Positions 26,552 through 40,108 of a stretch of 64,000 nt of DNA are shown in pieces. The notes beneath the pieces are model-generated. The model did not search any database and was not told the origin of the DNA. It worked only from the letters and a program-made list of their open reading frames with translations. Numbering within the stretch: the first letter of the stretch is position 1; each line of letters begins with the position of its first letter. The position numbers and the translations under genes are program-made. Source of the stretch: Ruditapes philippinarum (Eukaryota); NCBI RefSeq assembly GCF_026571515.1, contig NW_026861817.1, forward strand, positions 1-64,000, given 5' to 3'.

Positions 26552-27872
26552 CAGAGGTGCATTACTGGTACTGGTACTGCAGTACGTACTGCAGCGATTT
26601 TGCAAGTACTGGTACTGATACTGAATTACTCTTACAAAATTTTGCTACTACTGGTACTGGTACTGCATTACTGTCTTAAAAAGTGGTACTGCTACTACAT
26701 TACCCAGTACTTTTGGTTTTGATAAAAATTAAAAGTAACATCAATTTTTCTCATAAAATAAAGCTGTAAATTACATTAACTATATTTTACTTTTGTGGAA
26801 AAGTAAGTTATCAAATTTAAAGATAATTTGTTGCAATGTTCCTTCAAATGTTAACATAGTATTCATCATAAAAAGCACTTTAAGTAAAAATTAAATTAAG
26901 ATAAACACACTCAATAACTCTTTACCCTAAACTATCCTTATTAAAATCTTTTATTACTTTGTATTTACTAGTAAAAGAGCAAAATAAACACTTATTAATT
27001 TCTTCTATTCTATAAAATCCCATTTGAAGTGAAAAAAAGTGATATTGTTAGCACCATAAAAAGTTGTTATTTACTTTGGTATAAATTGAACAGAGGTGTG
27101 AAGGTATGAAAGGCAACAAAAGACTGTTGTGTTTTAAATGAAAGATGTTTTCATTGTTTTTATACAGTTGACTGGTTACTAAACAATTAGATATTACATG
27201 AATATATACTGTAAATATTGTTTGTAAAAAGTATGTTAAAACTATGAAGTTGTAAATATGTTATGTTAACTTTAAAGCAGCACGCCTCCAGATTCATCCT
27301 AATTTTCATGAAAATTTTGAAAATGTATTTAAAGGTAAAATATTGTTACATGAACAAAGAAAGTACTTGACACATTACAATCGCACTTAAAATCCACGTA
27401 AATTACCAAAAAGAGGTCAAAACATGCATAAATAGCCCCTACTGCGTTAGTAACGCAGTAGAAATATGGTGATAAATACAACAAAATACAGTCATTAATT
27501 GCACATAAGATATAAATTATCACTTGAATCTTTAATTTGTTTACTTTTCTCAAAGTTTTAGTATTTTTTTTCCAAGTTTAATTTTCTTGAAATATTTTGG
27601 GTCATCTGGAGGCATGCATCTTTAAAGTAAATTATGATTTTATTTCTTTGCTGAATAATATTTGCAATTATTTGTTTGACACTGTATTTAATCAAACTTT
27701 TATGAATGTATAAAAGTAATGGTACTGATACTTAATTACTTCACCAAAAAAAGTACTGGTACTGCAGTACTGAGCTAAAATCTAGTACTGGTACTGGTAA
27801 TGGTACTGCATAATTTGCCAAGTACTGGTACTGGTATTTAAGTACTACACCCTTAGTACTGATGCAGCTCTG
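26552..27872. mobile_element. hAT-like non-autonomous transposon
   Basis: Ends CAGAGGTGCAT / ATGCAGCTCTG, perfect 8-bp TSD TTGGTATT (26544-26551, 27873-27880), and (TACTGG)n subterminal repeats at both ends. Confidence 0.85.
27276..27621. mobile_element. Kolobok-like MITE nested in the hAT-like element
   Basis: TTAA TSD and 18-bp imperfect TIR AGCAGCACGCCTCCAGAT / ATCTGGAGGCATGCATCT. Confidence 0.75.
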
Positions 27873-29192
27873 TTGGTATTAGTTGATTGCATTGATACTG
27901 TATCATTTATGAAAGTGATGGATGCATTTATTAATAGGTTTACTAGTATACTGGTATATGTTTATATATATGTTTGTTGAATTGTAATGGATTGTATCAT
28001 CTTTACCCAAGTGCTCTATACAATATATACTATATATTCAGAATTTTGGTTTTGTTGTTGTTCTATTTAGTTGATACAAATAGATCAGTAAAGGTCAAAG
28101 GAATTATCAATCTTTGGCTATAAAAATAGTTGCGGAAAGTTCAGAATATGATAATTCATACACATATTGTGCAATCGTATCACGCATACGATTTTTAAAA
28201 AGAAAATGAAAATGAAAAATATAAATAACAGTTCATTTTCATACTGTGTTTTATTTTTATTTTTGACCTGGTTATGTCAGTTGATTGAAACTGGTACTTA
28301 GCCAGACAGATTCCACGATTCATACGACGCAAATATTGCTACTGGCTTAATACGATATACATATTTAAAACGCATTAACAAACTTTCATTGTATACGCTT
28401 AAAATTAAAAAGAAAACAAAAGAGGAATTATAAGCGTCTAAACATAGTGGTGCGACGGGCAGTGTCCGGTGCCAAGAACAAACTATGTCTGTGTCTTTCA
28501 GTAAATTGGAAAAAAAACATGTTTAAAACACTACTTCCCCTTCAATGCAGTCATTTTGGAATTTGTTTCATGAATGTTTACTTATATATAAATGTAAACA
28601 TTTTCTCTGGTTTAACAAATTTAATTGGCAAAGTAATGTTGCAAGTCATCAAAATACCAGAGAAAGTTTTTCCCATCTACTAATGGATGCCCAGTTTGTT
28701 TTTTTCCAAAGAAAATGATCTTTAAGAATTAAACTATATAGCATACTTAATGCTCATTATATTAGATGGACTAAAGCCGGTTTTCCTTCATTTACACGGA
28801 AAATATACATATACTAACTTTTTTGTACCCGGTCATATTGTTTTGCAGTAAATTACGAACTTGAAAAGCAACTCTTATTTGACTTTGGCTATACATCGTG
28901 AAAATGTAAAAATTGAAAAACTTGCACAACCCATAATATCACGATGGTAAGATTCAATAATGTAAACTACACTTCATTGAAAATTTTCTTCCGCGTTCCA
29001 AGTTGATCTATTGTTTGTAGACTTTCGACGTATACATAACGTCTGGATCGGAACAATATATTACGGCTAACATCAGTTTAAAACCCTGACTTGTTTCAAT
29101 GAAATATATTAGTTAGTGAAATCGCTCAATTTAAATATATGTACATGTATGTATGTAATATCTAAAAAGGGACAATATAATCGTTACAAAAA

Positions 29193-30920
29193 ATGGCGGA
29201 TAGTGGAAGTAAAATAGGAGAGGGTGATGAAGTTCCTGGTCGTGTGGAGGAAAACTTGTGTCAACCATGTTTAAGTAAGGATAAGGAAACCTTAGCTGAC
29301 AAGTTTTGTTCAACTTGTAATGAATTCCAATGTAATGATTGTTCAAATGTACACAACGTGCTCGCAATCTTAAAAAATCATAAATTGGTGAGTGTGAAAG
29401 AAGATGATGTTGCAAGTATTTCGGTTAAAATGAAGGCCTTAGATCTATGTGATCAACATCAACGTTCTTTAGATTTTTTCTGTGAAGATGAAAAGAAGCT
29501 TTGCTGCAGTACTTGTGCTATTTTTAATCACCGGAAATGCCATAGCGTTGTAGAAATTGAGAAGATCGCTGGGAAAATAACCTCACCAAGTTCTATCTTA
29601 GGGGAGAAATTGAAGGAAGCTAAAAAAGCTGCTGAGAGTCTTGCGAGACATATTCGCTCTTCTAAGGATCAACTTGATAAATATATAAAAGAAATACATG
29701 TCAATATTAGACGAATGCGAGACGAAGTAATGAGAATGTTTGACGATTTAGAAGATTCCGTCGTCAAGAGAGCTAAAACTCTTCAGAAAGAAACATTAGA
29801 AAATCTGAAAAAGAAACAAACCATTAACGAGAATCATTTGGCTGATGTAACATCGTGCTTAGAGACGATTGAAAGTATTTACAAAAATGGAACTCCAGTA
29901 CAAAAATATATAGCGGAACAGAAAATGGAAAGTAACCTCAATGTTCTATGCAGAAACATCAAGGACGAATGTCAGACTTTAGAGCCAGTGAACATTTCTT
30001 TTCATTTTGACGAAACAATCAAGATGCCACCATTACCAATCACTGAATATGTTCCAGGACAATTACAATTAAAGTTTGATTGGCAGGAAGATGTTAATTC
30101 CGTTGACAAGGCAATGATTTTAAAGCCAGTTTCTATCATTGATTTGAAGAAGACGGGAGATGATATCAAAGAACCGTTATATACAGGCATAGATTTTCTA
30201 CCTGATGGTAGACTGGTGGCTGTGGATAACAAAAACAAGAAATGTTTAGTGTACAATGAAAAGCTTGAGAGAGTAGAATCATATCAGCTGTCTTACTCAC
30301 CATTATCTGTTGTTGTTGTATCTGAGGAGGAAGTAGCGATAACATGTGGTTATGGATACAAAATAGAATTTCTACATGTTAGTAAATGCAATGAAATAAC
30401 TTCAAGTAGGACATGTAATGTGAACACGAAATATTACTCCATATGTTTGAAAGATGATAGACAGTTTGTAGTAGGCACTTTTGATGAGCAAAGACCTGTT
30501 CGTATTGTATCATTTACAGGAGATGAGCTTGATTTTAGTGTAAACTTTCCAAATAAGAGATGTCCTGCAGATATAAACGCTAGTACTTACATAAAGAGCA
30601 GCAACAAAGTTGTGATAACAGATAGAGACGAGCATACTGTCTACATATATGACATCAAAACAGACACGAGAGTTGTAGTGAAGGATGATCAGATAGAGGG
30701 ACCATATGGTGCAGCAGTTGGTCCTTCTGATACTATCCTAGTGTGTAGTGGTAAAAACACTATTTTACAGATATCTCAAACAGGTCAGGTATTATCATCG
30801 TACAAGATAGATATGGAAAATTCATTTAGAGTATGTGTCTCGCATGATAAATCATTTCTTGTTGTAACAAATTACTGTGTTGGAAATAGGAAAATGCAGA
30901 AATTCAAAATATCAACATAA
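29193..30920 (+). CDS. RING-less TRIM-like protein, copy 3, 575 aa
   Basis: Intact ORF colinear with copy 1; in-frame TAA at 29178-29180. Confidence 0.9.
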   Translation: MADSGSKIGEGDEVPGRVEENLCQPCLSKDKETLADKFCSTCNEFQCNDCSNVHNVLAILKNHKLVSVKEDDVASISVKMKALDLCDQHQRSLDFFCEDEKKLCCSTCAIFNHRKCHSVVEIEKIAGKITSPSSILGEKLKEAKKAAESLARHIRSSKDQLDKYIKEIHVNIRRMRDEVMRMFDDLEDSVVKRAKTLQKETLENLKKKQTINENHLADVTSCLETIESIYKNGTPVQKYIAEQKMESNLNVLCRNIKDECQTLEPVNISFHFDETIKMPPLPITEYVPGQLQLKFDWQEDVNSVDKAMILKPVSIIDLKKTGDDIKEPLYTGIDFLPDGRLVAVDNKNKKCLVYNEKLERVESYQLSYSPLSVVVVSEEEVAITCGYGYKIEFLHVSKCNEITSSRTCNVNTKYYSICLKDDRQFVVGTFDEQRPVRIVSFTGDELDFSVNFPNKRCPADINASTYIKSSNKVVITDRDEHTVYIYDIKTDTRVVVKDDQIEGPYGAAVGPSDTILVCSGKNTILQISQTGQVLSSYKIDMENSFRVCVSHDKSFLVVTNYCVGNRKMQKFKIST

Positions 30921-31236
30921 CAGCACATTTCTGTTTCACATAAAAGATTCACACGCACAACGCACAGGTACGCGCACGCACACGCACGCACACACACAAT
31001 TTTATTAAAGAATGAAACAAGAATCTATCGGTAACATATGATGAATAGATCATTGAATTATACTTATGGTCTAGTACTAATGTAGCTGCTCATAACGAAA
31101 GAGATATTATATATAGAATACAAGAATATTCTGGGAAAATGTGTGCTCTTCAAAATGAAGTCAATGTATGCTATGACAGACAGATTAAGGAGTAAACAAT
31201 TCAATATTAATAATTTCAATAAATATTCAATTGATA

Positions 31237-31379
31237 TACGAGGGGAAGTCAGAAAATATCCGGACTTTTGACTCGTTCTCGAAAACCATTCAACATTTAA
31301 AAAAAATCTTTCTACTCTTTTTCAAAATATTCTCAACATAAGTCTACGCACTTTTGCTATCTTCGTTGGAGCTTTCGTA
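31237..31379. mobile_element. Mariner-like fragment in the copy 3 3' flank
   Basis: tacgaggggaagtc...ctttcgta; absent from the homologous flanks of the other copies. Confidence 0.45.
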
Positions 31380-32433
31380 TTTAGCATGGCTTATATGTAA
31401 AGTAGTTGCGTTCTGAACCATCGTTATCTTATGTTTTTAATCATCACATAATGTTGACTGTATTTCATACATTTGATTGTTAATATGAATTTGCTGATTT
31501 GTTTTTGTTAAACAATTTGTGATAATACGTTCTTTTTATATCTTTACCCCTCAAATCCTACCTGACCTGAAAGTTATTAACCTTTGCCATCCGTATACAG
31601 CCAAGCAAGCATGTACATTCGAGCTGTCTGATCAGCTTTTTTCTATCCTAATACTGAAATCTTATACACTTCAAATGGAATCTCCCAAACTCCATTTCAC
31701 GGCAAGCAGGTCAATTTTTAATAACATGTAAGTTGAAAAGATAAAGTTTACATCTGTTTTTTTTTACTTCAGTTGACTTTCCTATTATAAGATACAGTAT
31801 ATCATAATATAATATACATGTTTATGTATAGAATTATTGTTAACCATTACATGAAAGTTATGTTATAAAATGTATATATTTTACTGTGACCTTTATTATA
31901 CCTAATACATGTATCATGCTCTTCGGGATGAATAGATATAACTAATACGAATTATAGTATGTGTGTTTAATTATATTGCTTTATGTCTGAATATCATTTA
32001 CATGTAAATTCCTCCCTTTTTAGAAGTTTTTTTTAACATATCATAATATAATAAAAAAGTAGATATTTATGGAATTATTGTTAACGATTTCATGAAAGTT
32101 GTGTCAGGAAATGTATATAATTTATTGTGTCTTATCATATACAATGTACCTACTATCATGCTCATCAGTATGAATAAATATAACTAACCGGAGTTTCAGT
32201 ATCTGAGTTTTATATTCTAATTGCATTGCCTTATCATAACAGTGCAAGAATTAATGATCTCGAATTCACGATTTCAACAACACGAATTTATGATTTCAAC
32301 TCGAAGAAATTAACTTAACAATTTTACGTTTTGAGTTTCACAATATCAACTTGACAAATTCGTGATTTCAACTTCACGAATTCTTTATAGAAGATTCATA
32401 ATTTTTTAATTATAGTGAATTCATGACAGTTAA

Positions 32434-32767
32434 AGCAGCACGCCTCCATATTGATGCTAATTTTCATTAAAATTTTGAAAATGTATTTGAATTCGTACTA
32501 TTGTGAAGGGACCAAGGAAGCAATTTACACATTATCAATGGCACTTACCAAAAAGTGGTCAAAATGTGCATAAATAACCTTTATTGCGATAGTAATGTAG
32601 TAGAAATATAGTACTGTTATAAATACTGAAAAATCAGTCATTAATCACACATTATATTTAAAATATTACCTGAATTTTGAAACAATGTACTTTTCCTTTC
32701 ATCTTAGTTCATTTTTCTCAAGTTTTACTTCATTGAAATATTTTGACTCATCTGGAGGCATGTAACT
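32434..32767. mobile_element. Kolobok-like MITE, second copy
   Basis: Same TIRs and TTAA flanks as 27276-27621. A partial inverted third copy lies at about 33181-33365. Confidence 0.75.
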
Positions 32768-33394
32768 TTAAAATCTTAAATTGAGTGGCTATGCAAATAT
32801 CAGACATAATGTAAAATGCCAGACATTTCATAGAATATAGATGACAAACAATTTAATGATATACAATTAACAGACATTTTATAGTATATAAATGGGTGAC
32901 ATTTGGCTAAAAGTTATGTTATATAAGCATGTGAGCAAGGCCCAGGGAAAAGCGTAAAATGAATGTTTCTCAATAGTTCGTTGGGCCAAGTTCCAATCCG
33001 GTCTTTTAATTCAATGTGCAATCGTTTATGTCTCTTTATATACGTCTTAATCATGCCTATGGAAAAAGACTATGTCTAGACGCAATACATATACAATAGG
33101 CTCCTTATTATATAGGCCTCATAACCTCTGATCACCTTCTAGTACCGCCCATAGTTTTCTCGTTTAAGGCACTTTAATTCTACTGCGTTACTAACGCAGT
33201 AAGAGGTTTTTATGTATATTTTGACCTCTTTTTGGTAATTTACGTAGATTGTAAGTGCCGTTTGCAAGGTGTAAATTACTTTCTTTGTTTACTTCACGTT
33301 ATGTTACTTTTAAACACATTTTCAAATTTTCATGAAAATTTGCATGAATCTGGAGGCATGCTGCTTTAAAGAAAAACTACCCAATTCCAGAAGT

Positions 33395-33550
33395 TCTCCT
33401 GGTTCTTTAACGTGCCAAGTGAACGTGCCAAGTGTTTAAGCACTCATATTTAAAATCTCATCCGAAAGACTGATTAGTAATTTTAGCTGGCCAGCCCGGG
33501 AATCGAACCTCCAATAACGTGATTACAAGTCTTGTGCTCGTTGTGTGGGC
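33395..33550 (-). mobile_element. tRNA-derived SINE fragment
   Basis: Minus-strand B box ggttcgattccc, then gtctttcggatgaga...cacgttaaagaacc, which from memory resembles the Meta-SINE central domain. Confidence 0.55.
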
Positions 33551-34528
33551 TGGTCACCTGCATTGGCATTAATATTTCATATTTCAGACTGCCTTGAATA
33601 AATTTAAATTGTAATTACCTCTTAAATATCTAAAAAATTTAATAGATTCATTGATAGAATAAAATGCTTATTAAATATAAGTGTTTTATTTTTTTATCTT
33701 TTGTAGAATAAAAAGCAGTATTTCAAATAACACATTTACTTTGGTAAATCGGCTAATTAGTTATTTGTCAAGTAAATTAATTGACTGTTTATAAAAAATA
33801 TAATTTCAGACACTACAGTACTGCAGAACATTGGAGAGATCCAATTCACATACATGTGCATACATTCTTTATTTCAATTTCACCAATGTAGACAAATAAA
33901 ACTCTAATAGTACATGTAGTAGTAGACAAATTAATTATAAGAAATAAATTGCCACTCATAAGATGAGGACGTCTATTACATTTTTGTCACATGCACAAAT
34001 TCCTGGCCAAATCTTCAAAAACACGCGCTTTTCGCCTGTCAAATAGTTTATGTCTAAGCCCAACCCCGCCAGCTAACCATGTTCTGTCTGCCCCCGTTTC
34101 TTTTTTAGAAATTTCAGCATTTAAATTTTGAATACTGCTTAATCGGTGCAAGGGACGTGAACAGTAGCTTGCACTTTCCAGTACTGTCCGTCTGGGACAG
34201 AATATAACAGTTAAAAATATTTTGGTCTGTCAATGGGTTCAATCAAACCACGGATTTATATAATATAATTGTATAAATCCGTGATCAAACCAAGCGTGAA
34301 ACATTTTTGGACTTTCTATTTTCTCTTTGTTAGCATGCATGCCTTACATTTGTTTTGCCTAGATGTAAAATATGTTGCCAAACAAAGTTTTATTTATAGG
34401 TCGCTCACGGAGTAGTAAAAAACACCACCACAAAAAACGCTGATTTACGGTATCAGGATGTCACGTGACGGTGTAATGACTCATGTGACTTAATCGTAAG
34501 TTATGTGATACCAAATTATTACAAAAAA

Positions 34529-34577
34529 ATGGCGGCTTGCAAGACGGGAGTAATTTTATCGGCACTGGCTTTCTTTG
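34529..34577 (+). CDS. Exon 1 (signal peptide) of a 26/29-kDa-proteinase-like papain-family cysteine protease gene
   Basis: aaaATGGCG start, MAACKTGVILSALAFF-G, phase-1 donor g|gtaaga matching the phase of exon 2. Confidence 0.65.
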
Positions 34578-35084
34578 GTAAGAAAATTCGTTCAATTTAA
34601 TATGATTAATTAAATATTTCTTACTGAATAACTCGAAACTTTTAAGTGGTAATTAGAACAATGTTCTTCTGCGGCTTCCATGCTTCTGCACAAAATCAAA
34701 CTTGAAAAAATTTGTTTACAAAACGTTTTTGTTGACATGACACATGAGCTTTTTTCCTGTTTTAGTATTGTTTAGAAATATACATATGTATGTTGAACAC
34801 TTTCGTCTGTGAGGGGGCTACCACTACCACAGTATTCGCCACGCGCATGGTTCATGCAGCTCGTTGATGGTCCCCGTCCTTCTGACATTGAAGGACAGTG
34901 CGTGCATTTTCCTTTTTTTATAAATTTACATTTGTCTGAAAATGCGAATAGCGATATCTAGCGGTTTGGACAAATGTGATAAACGGTAAATGTCTAAATT
35001 TTTTGGACTAAAAAGTCAATGATATATGTGACAAAGGGTTACAAGCCCCCCCCCCCACTGTAAGAATCGTTTATTACCACTCAC

Positions 35085-36455
35085 AAAGTTGATAAGCAAC
35101 AGTCGGAGGGTACCTAATATGATTTCGGAATCTGAACGTGCGCCAACGGTCGTTACCCTCATCCCTGGAGACGTACTGCCTAATGTAATCGTGCTCTAGT
35201 CAATTGGAATGTCAATGACGATAAAATAACATTAAAGATTAAAATAAGCAAAAAACCGTTAAAGCGGAATTCTTTCCATAGTAAGTGCGATCTTTGATCC
35301 ACTAGGACTAGTATCACATGTGACGTTGCGTGCTAAGGCAATTGTACAGAGCCTTTGTAGGAATAAGATAGGGTGGGATGAAACCATTCCGCAGAAAGAA
35401 ATAGAAGAATGGCAACAGTGGATAGCAAATCTACCATCGTTAGAAAAAATTAGTATTGACCGTTGTTTCCGTCCAAATCACTTCAGTAAATTGAAGAACG
35501 TACAGCTGCACGTGTTCAGCGATGGGTCAGAGACAGGTTATGGCGCATGAGCATATTTACGATTGACGGATAAACAGAATAGAATTTCATGCAGTTTTGT
35601 TATTGGTAAATCTAGATTAGCACCAATAAAGCAAACAATCATTCCAAGATTAGAGCTGTGCGGAGCTGTAGTGGCATGCCGCGTTTATGCTTTGTTGTCA
35701 GAAAAACTTGACTTAAAGGTCGACCAAGTTACATTCTGGACGGATTCCATGATATTACTTGGGTATATAAACAACAAATTAACAGACGATTTAAGACATT
35801 CGTCGGTAATAGAATAAGCTACATTCACCAGACTTCGTCCCCTGAAAAGTGGCGTTATGTCGATTCCGGTTCGAACCCAGCTGATATTGCTTCGCCGGGC
35901 ATCCATCCAAATGACATTCATAGTCTTAAAATATGGCTAGAGGGACCAAAAAATACTTATTGGAAGACGAATCGACTTGGCCTAAACTCCCACATAAGCT
36001 TCAAATTGCAGATGATGATTCCGAAGTTAAGAGAGAGATTATTGTTAATACCACCGCATCGTAAACAGGATCTCATATAGAAGACCTCATTAACTATTTT
36101 TCCGATTGGACAATGTTGCTTATAGCAGTTGCTTGGTTACTGAGAATTTCATAACATATTGCAGACGACATCACTTGACTTTGAATGAACAACAAAAACG
36201 AGGAAATCTTACCGTTTCCGAGATAAAGAACACAACTCACGCTATATTACGACAAATACAGAACTCAAGCTTTAAACAGGAACTGAACGATATAAACAAA
36301 GGTAATCCTGTAAAAAGAAACAGTAGATTAGCTACATTAAAACCCATACTTGTTAATGGACTTAAATCCGTGTATATGGAAGAAATACCCATAAAGAATA
36401 TGATTCGTGCCCGATTATCCTTCGGGACGATAGTCACGTGACAGAATTGATTACT
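35085..36455 (+). mobile_element. BEL/Pao LTR retrotransposon pol fragment (end of RT, RNase H/Peptidase_A17 region), decayed
   Basis: IFDPLG, IGWDE, QLHVFSDGSETGYGA, GKSRLAPIK..IPRLEL, FWTDS and NPAD motifs, with stops and frameshifts. No LTRs seen. Confidence 0.9.
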
Positions 36456-36573
36456 GTATTCCTAGAAATGTTCGCGGATACAATATTTCGCGTTTTTCAC
36501 AACGTCGGCATTTTCGCGGATTTGTAGTATGCGCGATTTCCACAAATATTGAGTCACTATGGCATAAATTAAA

Positions 36574-37640
36574 TGGCAGTAAGGAGATTATGCACGTCTT
36601 TTTCTTTTGTTCCTATGTTGAAAATTCTGGTTGCTATGGCAACAAATAGTGTGAAAATATGGCAAATTTAACACATAAACTGGATCCAGTGATAACTCAA
36701 AAAGTACTGAAAATATTTTTATGAAACTTGAAATATGTGTAGATGGCAGTATGGAGATTATGCACATCTTTTTCTTCTCTTCCTATGTTGAAAATTCTGG
36801 TTGCTATGGCAACAAATAGTCTGAAAATATGGCAAATTTAACACATAAACTGGATCCAGTGATAACTCAAAAAGTACTGAAAATATTTTATGAAACTTGA
36901 AATATGTGTAGATGGCAGTCTTGAGATTATGCACATCTTTTTCTTTTCTTCCTATGTTGAAAATTCTGGTTGCTATGGCAAAAAATAGCCTGAATTTCAA
37001 GATTTCTGATTTAAATTTTTCAGTTTTTTCACTATACGTTCTTTATTTCTTAAGGTGTTTACTTCAAACTTTAAATATAAGTTTATGGTCATCAACCACA
37101 TCATAATTATGTGACAAGGTTTACAACTCTAGCACAAAAATTATCAGTATTACCTCCCTTGAACTTAGAATTTTTATGAAAAAAAAATGTTGTCTTTTTG
37201 AAATAACTTCTTTATTTCCTAATGTATCTACTTCAAACTTCATATAAATGTTTGTTATTATCACTCAACATTTTTGCGAAGGTTAAATACTCTAGCAAGA
37301 CTATTTCCAGAATTATGTCCCCCTTGAACTTAGATTTTTTTTCGAGAAATTGGTATTTTTTACTCCAACTTCTTCATTCCTTATAGGATTTACTTTAGAA
37401 TCCCACATCGTAGTTATTAAATATGACAAGGTTGTATAAACATAATTTCCTTACTAAGCAGGGAAACTTAACACATTACTGTGATATAGACAAACTTAGA
37501 ACTCAAAAGATTTAAGTTCATTCATGTCATTCATTCACTGGTAAAATTGAATGGCAAATGGCCCATCAGAATGTTGCTGGGGTTCTAACCGGTAGGGGAC
37601 TTAGAGGATTGCTTGCAATACTATGATAATTGCTTGTTTT
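36574..37640 (-). mobile_element. Second, truncated copy of the 170-bp-repeat HINE-like element
   Basis: Reverse complement of the 20865 element 5' end (aacaagcaattatcatagtattgcaagcaatcc); repeat units at 36621, 36791 and 36960. Confidence 0.8.
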
Positions 37641-38467
37641 ATTCAAATCATTCAGAATCCATATTATTTTATAGTAAACACAAATATCTATAATATGAAC
37701 TTTAAAACCTTAACATTTTTAATGTCATTACCAACACTTGCTAACACTAAATGTATTTACAGTGATTTTTTTATTTAGGAAAAACTGTGTTGTAATATTA
37801 TAGCCCCCCTTTTGGAAAATGTTTAGCCCCCGGGGCGTTTATGAGGTATTTTACCGTATATAGAAGCGCATACTCGAAAAGTCTAGTTGTTATCCGAAAT
37901 CCTTTACACACACAAACACACACATACACCATTTAGTTGTACATAGGCGATCTCTGCCCATCTATATATCTCTGCCACATGGAAATTAAATAAAAACATG
38001 CACATGATATATATATATTTTATATTAGGCCCCAGTAAGAATACTGTTCCACGGTTTTGGCATCCTTAAGTATAGCCAAGCTCACATGTCTCATTTAGTT
38101 TAACCGATTAGATCTAGTTGATCACAGTGTCCAAAGATACTTGTGACTTGGGGTTATATGTGTTGCTCCCCTTCTTGATCCACACTTAATTACGGTATAT
38201 ACATCACAGTTAAATTAAATTTGCAAACTTTACGTCATATTACTTCTGCATATTGTATTTTAATGCAGTGTTCGAAATTAGCAGTAGTCCGATAGATAAT
38301 AAGAGAATAATAAGCTTCCAGTTCCCAAATACTTTAAATCATGAAGTTTAATGACTGAACACTAATAGTGATATTCGCCAGCATTTACATATCGCTTACA
38401 AATATCACAAGATGAAAAAAAGTGCAATGTATATGTATCATAATAGAAAAAAATCTTTTCACAATAG

Positions 38468-38638
38468 GAATATGCTATGGGTTACCTAGCAAAGTAGAAG
38501 TGAAAGAAGATCCACCAGTATGGGGTGAGGTATACAGTGTTCAGGGTATGCTACAGCTTTCATACGCAGAAATTAACGAACCTTTCTCTACTTGGTATGA
38601 CTCGACAAAGAAAAGGAGTAGGATTGACTACCATGGAG
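38468..38638 (+). CDS. Exon 2 of the 26/29-kDa-proteinase-like gene (counting-factor-associated protein D-like N-terminal domain)
   Basis: ag|GA...g|gtatg, phase 1/1; PPVWGEVYSVQGMLQLSYAEINEPFSTWYD...SRIDYHG matches the family pattern YAEIxEPFxxWYD...SRIDY. Confidence 0.8.
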
Positions 38639-39524
38639 GTATGCATTATATTTTAGTGTAAAATGCAGGGCAGGCAAAATCTGATTTTGATTTACAAGTA
38701 CTTGTCCATTTTATCTGAAATCTTTCCTTACTTACCTTTACGATATACAAAAAGTAAATTTTGAAAACAAAATGTCACTTGTCTGTACAGGTTGTGGGAC
38801 AACCTTGGAAATATAGACAATTGATTTTGCCACCCTGAATTTAACTGAGTTTAAAATGTTGACTTGATAGATGTAGACAGCAGAGAGCTGTATTAATATT
38901 GAACCTTCCGGCATCAAATATATCACATACATGCTCATTGAACAGTTTATTATAAATCTAAGAAATTAGTACAAATTTTAACACAGCTGAGTTACCGCTT
39001 GTTCTTCTTAGAGTAAATTATAATTTAAAAGATTTTTGACAGGTTATATGGCCGTAGTATATAAACAGTTGTTTAGAAATATAACCTGAGCCACTAAGTG
39101 AGGGTGTTTTACAAACAACCATTCATATACTGTCTTATAACCTGTCAGAAATATTTATAACAAATTTACAATACAGCATGCATCTTTTTTTAATCATAAA
39201 TTGACAGCAATGGCTGCCGTTGATATAAAACTATGTAAACATCATGATTATCCTGTTACAAATAGCAGTATTATAAATAATGAAGGGCTAAAAAAAGCAA
39301 GAACTTTAAAAGGTATTCTTATTTTTAAGGTATTATCTTGGTACTGAATCCCGCCTTCCCCTTCCATTCTTGAATAATAAAATGCCCTTGAGACTTTTAT
39401 AAGAGATTATATTTAGTAATTTTTATGTATAACTCAACATTTTTTCAGTAACAATGAAATGGATTACTAGACTATAAACCTTTGCTCATTTGTCCAGTCA
39501 ATACTGATACATATTAGTAAATAA

Positions 39525-39947
39525 AGACCCTGTCGCACTAGACTGCGCGTTCACTGCGTTTGCACGGCTGTGTAAAAATAAAAGCGCCGTGCACACGCAG
39601 TATAAGCGCTGTATTTAGGATGCTGCAAATCTCCGTACAAGCGCTGTGGATAAACACCACGTTCATTTGGCGTTCCTTGTGCGCTTTCAAGGCACTCTTG
39701 TTGCGTTGTAGGAGATGCTACAGAGTTGCTATTGCGTCCTTACTGCTATTCCACTGTGCTCTTATCAGAATGCCGAGTGACAGAGTTTGTTTTGAACATG
39801 CTCAAAATGCATGCCATCGGCATTTTATGCGATGGCACTAGATGCTAAGGCAATGATGCGGCAACATTTGAGATCTAACTGTGCTCACCTAAGCATTTCA
39901 AATTTTCTTTGGACGTCGTGAGAATGCCATCCTAGTGTGACAGGGGT
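39525..39947. mobile_element. MITE, possibly PIF/Harbinger-like
   Basis: Inverted ends ccctgtcgcactag / ctagtgtgacaggg with TAA/TTA flanks. Confidence 0.6.
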
Positions 39948-40108
39948 TTAAACTACAAAAAGTAAATAGGTGTCTGATAGTCTGATATCATTTTATCCTT
40001 GACAAGTGCTAAAGTCTTTCTTACTCTTATATAAATGAGGGAAGAAAATGAGAATAAAAAATATAGGATTATGATTTGATTATTAATAATTATGTGGTTT
40101 ATTTCTAG

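Noticed and set aside
29131-29415. Recurrent antisense ORFs over the TRIM genes (also at 6054, 45350, 53338)
   Set aside because: They are shadows of the conserved sense CDS, with variable starts and ends and no independent coding signal.
20090-30920. Functional coupling of the OTU/F-box-like element with the TRIM cluster as a single ubiquitin system
   Set aside because: The element is decayed, occurs once and lies in a TE-dense region; adjacency alone is not evidence of coupling.
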